Both the position numbers and the translations under genes were made by a program. From NCBI RefSeq assembly GCF_000025925.1, contig NC_014033.1, forward strand, positions 2,940,001 through 2,972,000: a DNA stretch of 32,000 nucleotides. Direction: 5' to 3'. Shown piece after piece: positions 27,300-32,000 of this stretch. Positions within the stretch are counted from its first letter, which is position 1, and the number at the start of each line of letters is the position of its first letter. The notes below the pieces were generated by a model, which had not been told where the DNA came from, searched no databases, and saw only the letters and a list, made by a program, of their open reading frames with translations. This DNA comes from Xylanibacter ruminicola 23 (lineage in GTDB: Bacteria; Bacteroidota; Bacteroidia; Bacteroidales; Bacteroidaceae).

Positions 27300-27455
27300 C
27301 TTGGCGACAATGCCGTGCCACGTAGAGATAGTTCCGCTATATGCCATATCGCAAATCAACGGATAATCGCCTGCCACAGAACCGTCCCCTGGCAGGTTAC
27401 ACCCGCAGGTTTTAATAAAGCCACGAAACAGCCCCTACCATCACACTCTTTTTCA
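27300..27455 (+). ncRNA. Candidate structured non-coding RNA or leader upstream of the abi gene (putative RNA partner)
   Basis: A GC-rich block of about 155 nt is embedded in AT-rich spacer. It contains an 8-bp hairpin, GCCTGCCA (27369-27376) pairing with TGGCAGGT (27390-27397), with a 13-nt loop. GGCGA (27303-27307) can pair with TCGCC (27367-27371). A competing CCTGC/GCAGG pairing (27370-27374 with 27405-27409) is possible. The block ends at CTCTTTTT. No convincing protein-coding signal. Boundaries are approximate. Confidence 0.3.
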
Positions 27456-27484
27456 ATAATCAACTCAAATATTTCGAATAATTA

Positions 27485-27516
27485 TTTGGCTGATTGAGAA
27501 TAAGTCTGTACCTTTG
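27485..27516 (+). promoter_or_regulatory. Canonical promoter P2 for the abi gene
   Basis: TTTG (27485-27488), then 20 nt, then TACCTTTG (27509-27516). It lies 50 nt upstream of ATG 27566. Confidence 0.55.
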
Positions 27517-27565
27517 TCGGCAGAATTAAAAAACTGATAATAACCAGCAAAATTTGTCTATCACA

Positions 27566-28255
27566 ATGAAGTATACAGACTTTGAAAACATTATATCAGC
27601 CGACCGCATGAGAAAATATCTCGTGGCCTGCAATAACGATACACGTAGGGCAATGACCCTCTATCGCCATAATCTTAAGCTCTCACAAGAGATGTTTACA
27701 ATGATTAGCTGTTTCGAGGTAGCACTTCGTAACAGAATCGACATGGAGATGAAACAACATTGGGGTAACGACTGGTTGCGAGATTTTATTATGCCAGGTG
27801 GTCCTTTTGCTACTGACGGAAGAGCTGATGGTACAAGGAAAATTATTAAAAAGGCGTATGATGATTTGATGCGCACCAATACCTATAGTCATTCTAAATT
27901 GCTTTCTAAAATGGAATTTGGCATTTGGAAATACATGTTTAATAATGTACAATATAGGTTGGGAGGTAGGTATCTGCTGAAAATTTTTCCCAATAAACCT
28001 CGCACTACAAAAAATAACAAGTTTGACAATTCTACAATCTTCTTAGAGTTGGATTATATAAACAATGTTCGTAATAGAATTGCTCACCATGAGCCAATTT
28101 GTTTTGGATGTCCGATTTGTATTGATACAACCTATGTTCTACGTAATTATGCCCGCATATTTACCTTGTTTGGTTGGATGGGGATAGATGCACCGCGATT
28201 GTTATACGGACTTGATCATGTTGGTGAAGAATGTGGCAAAATCATGTGTGTGTAA
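27566..28255 (+). CDS. Abi_2-family (AbiD/AbiF-like) abortive-infection protein, HEPN-type predicted RNase
   Basis: I moved the start to ATG 27566 because the track start at 27554 is a TTG. 229 aa. The N-terminal pattern (YLVACNNDTRRAMTLYRHNLKLSQEMFTMISCFEVALRNRI) is typical of the short Bacteroidetes 'Abi-like' proteins. The C-terminal NNVRNRIAHHEP carries an Rx4H HEPN motif. G+C is visibly lower than in the neighbouring genes. Confidence 0.75.
   Translation: MKYTDFENIISADRMRKYLVACNNDTRRAMTLYRHNLKLSQEMFTMISCFEVALRNRIDMEMKQHWGNDWLRDFIMPGGPFATDGRADGTRKIIKKAYDDLMRTNTYSHSKLLSKMEFGIWKYMFNNVQYRLGGRYLLKIFPNKPRTTKNNKFDNSTIFLELDYINNVRNRIAHHEPICFGCPICIDTTYVLRNYARIFTLFGWMGIDAPRLLYGLDHVGEECGKIMCV
28070..28090 (+). 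other. HEPN Rx4H catalytic-type motif (RNRIAHH) within the abi gene
   Basis: Codons CGT AAT AGA ATT GCT CAC CAT are in frame with ATG 27566. Confidence 0.6.
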
Positions 28256-28305
28256 CGTTCAGAATGTTAATTATTTAGATAAAATAGAAGAAAAATTGCA
28301 AAATA

Positions 28306-28337
28306 TTTGGAGTGTATTAATTAAATTCTTATCTTTG
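28306..28337 (+). promoter_or_regulatory. Canonical promoter P3, 50 nt downstream of the abi stop
   Basis: TTTG (28306-28309), then 20 nt, then TATCTTTG (28330-28337), followed by C as in the other promoters of this window. Confidence 0.45.
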
Positions 28338-28358
28338 CACCGTTCAGTCCTGGTAGTC

Positions 28359-28391
28359 CCTGAAGTTTTTCAAACTATCAGGTGTTTTTTT
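28359..28391 (+). terminator. Rho-independent terminator (for abi and/or a ~45-50 nt P3 transcript)
   Basis: CCTGAAGTTT (28359-28368) pairs with AAACTaTCAGG (28372-28382), giving 10 bp with one bulged A and loop TTC. TGTTTTTTTG follows. Confidence 0.6.
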
Positions 28392-28455
28392 GCTCAAAAT
28401 TTCACCCTGCCCGTTTTTACAACATACTCAGTACAACGCCAAGTTGCGGGTATAC

Positions 28456-28490
28456 AAAAAAATGCCCCGCGTCGTCGCGACGAAGGGCAC
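28456..28490 (-). terminator. Minus-strand terminator-like GC hairpin
   Basis: TGCCC (28463-28467) pairs with GGGCA (28485-28489). The inner palindrome TCGTCGCGACGA (28472-28483) adds to the stem. A7 upstream on the plus strand gives a U7 tract after the hairpin on the minus strand. Confidence 0.45.
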
Positions 28491-28544
28491 TTGAACTTAA
28501 AAATACGATAACGTTCTTATTATGTAATAAGTATCCGCATGAAT

Positions 28545-28592
28545 ATAAAAAACAGGAACTACCAGTTTCGGATACTGAAACTGATAGTTTCC
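28545..28592 (-). terminator. Minus-strand rho-independent terminator (long hairpin plus U-tract)
   Basis: GGAACTACCAGTTTC (28555-28569) pairs with GAAACTGATAGTTTCC (28577-28592) in a ~14-bp imperfect stem with loop GGATACT. Plus-strand AAAAAACA just upstream gives TGTTTTTTAT after the hairpin on the minus strand. Confidence 0.55.
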
Positions 28593-28662
28593 TACTTTGG
28601 AACCAAACAGATTATAATATGGCTGATGATGACATGTGGATAGTTTCTCGAAAAGCGAATCC
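28545..28662 (-). ncRNA. Candidate small RNA on the minus strand (~115 nt)
   Basis: A minus-strand -7 box TATATTTG (plus-strand CAAATATA, 28669-28676) lies about 80 nt upstream of the 28545-28592 terminator. No credible ORF lies between them. The 9-mer GATAGTTTC occurs twice (28583 and 28639). I found no -33 box, and the 5' end is a guess. Confidence 0.25.
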
Positions 28663-28924
28663 CGGCTTCAAATATATTTACACAATTAAATTCGGAGGCG
28701 ATGAGGATTCCTTACCCCGATTTTGTTCCCTAGTTAGGGGAAATTTGCTACCTCACTAGGGAAATATTTTTTCTATTAATACCCGCAAAATGCGGGCGCG
28801 CACGGGCATCATAATACAATTAAAAATATTTTACCTTTTGATGATTATAGCCCTTATATGGATAGTACGGAAGTATTTGTGCGATAATCGTAAAGTATCT
28901 GTTAGATTGCCGTAATGCAGGGGT

Positions 28925-28956
28925 AGAAACGTGGAAACAGGGAAACGTGGAATCAG
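28925..28956 (+). repeat. Four tandem octamers (AGAAACGT GGAAACAG GGAAACGT GGAATCAG)
   Basis: Read directly from the sequence. The 11-mer GAAACGTGGAA occurs twice (28926-28936 and 28942-28952). Confidence 0.7.
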
Positions 28957-29007
28957 GCCAGTATTCCAAAACCCAAAGCAAGGGGGCTCGCGATGAGTCC
29001 CCTTCTT
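28956..29007. repeat. Copy 1 of a ~52-56 nt hairpin-containing repeat element
   Basis: GGCCAGTATTCCAAAACCCAAAGCAAGGGGGCTCGCGATGAGTCCCCTTCT, with stem GGGGGCTC pairing with GAGTCCCC. Confidence 0.75.
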
Positions 29008-29080
29008 TATTTGCTACAAAAATGGGGATTCCCCTACCGCATAGTAGGGATTTGTATGCAAATTTCAAAAACGGATGCTT

Positions 29081-29088
29081 TACCTTTG
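29081..29088 (+). promoter_or_regulatory. -7 promoter box (TACCTTTG) for the small lipoprotein gene
   Basis: TACCTTTGc lies 32 nt upstream of ATG 29120. Confidence 0.45.
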
Positions 29089-29119
29089 CAGCATAAATGT
29101 ATGATTAAAGCTTAGGATT

Positions 29120-29440
29120 ATGATGAAAAGGATTAGAAAAATGGCCATGGTGGGCGTGTTGGGAATTGTGATGAGTTCGTGTGCATCGATGTTTTTAACG
29201 GTTACCGATAAGGCGGCACGCATACAGCAGGGTATGACCAAAGATGAGGTAACAGAGATTATGGGCCGGACACCCGACTACCGACGATTTGCCAACGGGC
29301 ACGATGAATGGGAGTATCGTACGCTGCTTAACAACGACGATTACGATGTGGTGGTGCTCGATTTCCGCAACGGTCGTGTGGCACAGATGGACTCGTTCCG
29401 CGAGGTTCGCCACTATCACCCCGATGGCGAGAAGAAGTAG
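29120..29440 (+). CDS. Small lipoprotein, BamE/SmpA_OmlA-like
   Basis: 106 aa with a lipoprotein signal and lipobox (GIVMSSC). GMTKDEVTEIMGRTPD ... VVVLDFRNGRVAQMDSF resembles the SmpA/OmlA fold signature. Confidence 0.65.
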   Translation: MMKRIRKMAMVGVLGIVMSSCASMFLTVTDKAARIQQGMTKDEVTEIMGRTPDYRRFANGHDEWEYRTLLNNDDYDVVVLDFRNGRVAQMDSFREVRHYHPDGEKK

Positions 29441-29441
29441 C

Positions 29442-29497
29442 GGCCAGTTTTCCAAAACCCAAAGCAAGGGGGGCTCAGCGATTGAGTCCCCCATTCT
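29442..29497. repeat. Copy 2 of the hairpin repeat element; likely terminator of the minus-strand TonB-dependent receptor gene
   Basis: GGCCAGTTTTCCAAAACCCAAAGCAAGGGGGGCTCAGCGATTGAGTCCCCCATTCT, with stem GGGGGGCTCA pairing with TGAGTCCCCC. On the minus strand the hairpin is followed by CTTGCTTTGGGTTTTGG. It lies 45 nt past the receptor stop. Confidence 0.7.
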
Positions 29498-29541
29498 ACT
29501 GTGTGTTTTCCCCACACTATCAGCAGGCATCTGCCCTCTGA

Positions 29542-31959
29542 TCAGAAATCAAGTCGGTAGAAGATGTTTGGGAATGCGATACCGCCATCGTCTATGCGGA
29601 CATCGCGAGTCCCCAGGTCGAAGCGCTGGTACTGTGGCACCTTGGCGCCCAGAACGTTCAGACCCTCGAAAGCGATGGTGTGGCTCACCTTACGCTTGTT
29701 GATCTTATAGCTGATGGTGAGATCCACTACGCCTGTTGGATCGAAGCGCTTGGTGAATTCCTCGCCTTCCTTGTAGATAGGATCATCATCAATGATACCC
29801 ATGTTCACACGGGCACGCATCTGATCTACGTCAACCGGTGTATAGCGCAGACCGCCCTGGATGCTGTACTTGGCACTGACGTTTAACACGTTCTTACCAA
29901 TCATCCACTCCTTACCGGCCAGGATCTTGAACATGAAACCACGGTCGTACAGCTGGTTGCGCCATACCTTATCCTGTCCGCGATACTCTGCCTTATAGAG
30001 CGAGAAGTTGGTCTGTCCGAAGAATCCATGCGACATGTAGTGCTCCAAGGTGATGTCACCGCCATAGTTGCGGGTATTGCCCTTGTTCACCAGTGGCTCG
30101 TCGGTATAGTTGTAGTAGCGGTTTGTCACACAATAGGTGCTGCCGTTGATGCCCACTGGCGTGTCGAATCCATACTCGTAGAAGGCATTCACGCGCAGTG
30201 TCAGGTTGCTGTTGAACTTATGCATGTAGGTGGCATGCAGGTGGTGTGCCTTGGTCAGTCCCAGGTCCTTGTTGACCAGACGGTCGTTGCCGTCGCGATA
30301 GAAGTAAGCGTCGAGCTTCTCAATCATTGAGTGCAGACCGTAACCCATCGAGAAACTGTTCTTCTCGTTTGGTTCCCACTTGAAGCTCACGCGTGGCTCA
30401 ATCGAGAGGTCCTTCGACAGCAGGAAATAGTTGCCAGAGATACCTGCTGACAGACTGAACTTGTCGCTCAGGTTAAAGATGTTATGCCAGAACAGGTTGG
30501 CCAGTCCGGTGTTGTCCTTCATCTTGGTATATTCAGTCATGGGGTTCACCGTGTCGTAGAGCTTGTCGTGCGAGCGGTAGTAGAGGTTGAAGAAACGATG
30601 CGAGTATTCACCACCGAACTGTGTGAGCCACTTGCTGGTGACCTGCTTCGAGAGCTCTGTGTTGAATACCAGTCGGTCTTCGTTCATCTGCTGCTGGCTG
30701 TAGGGGTACATCTTACTATTTGGGTTGTTGGGATCCTCGTATGCCAATGGCTGCTTGATGGTACCATTTTCAGTGCGTGCAAATCCATAGTAATGCATGT
30801 TGCTCTTCAGGTGCTGCATATTGTAGGCCACAGTGGTGCGCCAGGTCCACTTGTTGTTGAAGTGGATTTTGTGAGATGCACCTGCCAGAATCTGCGTCAG
30901 TTTGCTGTCATTATTCGAAGCGTCGTAAACCGAATGCGCATCTTCAATCTTCAATGGGTCGTCGTGGTTAGTATCAAACAGACCTAAACCGAAAATAGAG
31001 AAGGTACCAGCACGCTTGGTGGGGAAGTTCAGCTTGACTGAGAAATCTTGGAAGCCCAAGTGCGAACCCTCAGTGTCAACCAGTCCCAGTTTATCTACCA
31101 GTGATGTGAAACCATATCGGTAGTTGATGATATAACTACTGTTGTTCTTGCGAGAGATAGGACCCTCGAGTGTCAACTCCTCTGATACGGTACCAATCTG
31201 CAGGATGTTCTCGTGCTTGGAGTTGTTTCCCGAGCGCATCTTCACGTCGAACACACCACTCAGGGCGTTGTTGTAGTTGGCGTTGAAGGTCGAAGTAAAG
31301 AAGTCGCTGTTGGCAATCACGTTCGAGTTCATACCGCTCACCAGTCCGTAACCGGCATTCCACATATCGTTAAAGTGGTTGGGTGTAAACACCTCAACGC
31401 CCTCAATGCGGTACTGCATGCGCTCGGGTGCATTACCATGAATCGAGAGTCCGCTACCGCCAGCATCGCCCGATACGCCGGCAAACGACATCACCAGTCG
31501 GGCGGGGTCGTTATAACCGCCTGCAAATCGGCTGGCCTCTTCCATCGAGAGCATCACACCACCGGTGAGTACCGACGGGTTAACGGTGGCCTCCTTGTTT
31601 ACACGGGGCTTAACCACCACCTCCTTCAGCTCGGTGCTGTTCTCGCGCAGAGCAATCTCCAGCACTACCTCCTTGGGTCCCGAAATCAGGATTTCCTTCA
31701 TCACACTGGGCTCATAACCAATATAGTTGGTCTCGATGGTGTAACGTCCGCCCTTGCTTATCTTGATGGTAAAGTTACCATCCATGTCGGCAACAGCAGC
31801 CGCATTCTCTAATTCTGCAATTTTTACCGTAGCACCAATCAGCGCTTCGCCTGTAACGGCATCTTTTACAGTTCCACGCAGGGTTTCGGCCTGCACGCTC
31901 ATAGTTCCGCAAAGTAAAATAGCGGTCGACAAGAGGTTAATAATCGTTGTTTTGCTCAT
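29542..31959 (-). CDS. TonB-dependent receptor with N-terminal carboxypeptidase-regulatory-like domain (not SusD-paired)
   Basis: 805 aa. It has a signal peptide (LLCGTMSVQA), a CarboxypepD_reg-like domain (TLRGTVKDAVTGEALIGATVKI...DGNFTI), a plug, and a barrel ending in FPNIFYRLDF. Confidence 0.9.
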   Translation of the reverse strand: MSKTTIINLLSTAILLCGTMSVQAETLRGTVKDAVTGEALIGATVKIAELENAAAVADMDGNFTIKISKGGRYTIETNYIGYEPSVMKEILISGPKEVVLEIALRENSTELKEVVVKPRVNKEATVNPSVLTGGVMLSMEEASRFAGGYNDPARLVMSFAGVSGDAGGSGLSIHGNAPERMQYRIEGVEVFTPNHFNDMWNAGYGLVSGMNSNVIANSDFFTSTFNANYNNALSGVFDVKMRSGNNSKHENILQIGTVSEELTLEGPISRKNNSSYIINYRYGFTSLVDKLGLVDTEGSHLGFQDFSVKLNFPTKRAGTFSIFGLGLFDTNHDDPLKIEDAHSVYDASNNDSKLTQILAGASHKIHFNNKWTWRTTVAYNMQHLKSNMHYYGFARTENGTIKQPLAYEDPNNPNSKMYPYSQQQMNEDRLVFNTELSKQVTSKWLTQFGGEYSHRFFNLYYRSHDKLYDTVNPMTEYTKMKDNTGLANLFWHNIFNLSDKFSLSAGISGNYFLLSKDLSIEPRVSFKWEPNEKNSFSMGYGLHSMIEKLDAYFYRDGNDRLVNKDLGLTKAHHLHATYMHKFNSNLTLRVNAFYEYGFDTPVGINGSTYCVTNRYYNYTDEPLVNKGNTRNYGGDITLEHYMSHGFFGQTNFSLYKAEYRGQDKVWRNQLYDRGFMFKILAGKEWMIGKNVLNVSAKYSIQGGLRYTPVDVDQMRARVNMGIIDDDPIYKEGEEFTKRFDPTGVVDLTISYKINKRKVSHTIAFEGLNVLGAKVPQYQRFDLGTRDVRIDDGGIAFPNIFYRLDF

Positions 31960-32000
31960 AAAAATAATTGTTTTAGATATTATAAATTCTGAAATTCATC

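Noticed and set aside
27341-27415. 24-aa basic peptide ORF (MPYRKSTDNRLPQNRPLAGYTRRF) inside the GC-rich block
   Set aside because: It is an ATG-initiated possible micro-antitoxin, but there is no supporting signal, and it spans the main hairpin. It is too short to call without conservation data or ribosome profiling.
27270-27497. 75-aa ORF (TTG start) covering the GC-rich block upstream of abi
   Set aside because: It has a non-ATG start inside the P1 promoter, no recognisable family, and runs through the P2 -33 box. I treat the region as non-coding RNA or leader. A decayed gene fragment cannot be excluded without a search.
28188-28759. 107-aa and 125-aa plus-strand ORFs downstream of abi (including a 47-aa ATG-initiated tail, 28619-28759)
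   Set aside because: The 125-aa ORF uses a GTG start and neither long ORF starts at a supported ATG. They run straight through three terminator hairpins and have odd composition and no family resemblance.
28781-28800. Hairpin CCCGCA-AAA-TGCGGG
   Set aside because: It is a 6-bp stem with a 3-nt loop and has no U-tract on either strand. It is too weak and lacks context to call a terminator or regulatory element.
28820-29068. 82-aa minus-strand ORF
   Set aside because: Its sequence is dictated by repeat copy 1. The same LLWVLE(Y/N)WP peptide appears in the spurious 29195-29530 ORF because of repeat copy 2. There is no start context.
27127-29119. Possible CRISPR array, tRNA, or IS/MITE termini in the non-coding DNA around abi
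   Set aside because: There are no regularly spaced direct repeats of 24-40 nt. I saw no tRNA-like T-arm (GTTCGAATC-type) sequence. No terminal inverted repeats bracket the region. Only the features listed above were found.
29195-29702. 111-aa minus-strand and 137-aa plus-strand ORFs overlapping the lipoprotein gene and the TonB receptor end
   Set aside because: They overlap better-supported genes and the repeat element, and show no motifs.

Overview
This window looks like a Bacteroidota chromosomal segment, probably Prevotella- or Bacteroides-like. The evidence is the gene content, the SusC/SusD pairs with lipoprotein signals, and promoters of the form TTTG-N20-TAnnTTTG. (1) 1-18.3 kb holds a polysaccharide utilization locus (PUL). 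It has two convergent susC/susD pairs, one hybrid two-component sensor (HTCS), and a four-gene translationally coupled enzyme operon: a GH105/GH88-type unsaturated uronyl hydrolase, a heparinase II/III-like lyase-fold protein, a DUF4861-like protein and a DUF2264-like protein. The predicted substrate is a uronic-acid-containing glycan. (2) 18.3-21.1 kb holds housekeeping wbqC-like, lepB and dapB genes on the minus strand. (3) 21.2-25.3 kb holds a compact panB-panC-panD-coaBC-coaX pantothenate/CoA operon. (4) 25.3-29.5 kb is a visibly AT-richer accessory stretch. It starts with a blaI/blaR1-type repressor and sensor-protease pair preceded by three palindromic operator-like sites. Next comes a solitary Abi_2 (AbiD/AbiF-like) HEPN gene set in about 1.3 kb of non-coding DNA. 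That DNA carries its own canonical promoters, terminators, a GC-rich block that may be structured, and repeat elements. This is my best candidate for an undescribed or under-described system, namely an abortive-infection module with an RNA antitoxin. A small BamE-like lipoprotein gene follows. (5) 29.5-32 kb holds a TonB-dependent receptor. I saw no rRNA, tRNA, CRISPR array, transposase or integrase. All family assignments come from reading motifs by eye. No database search or folding computation was run.
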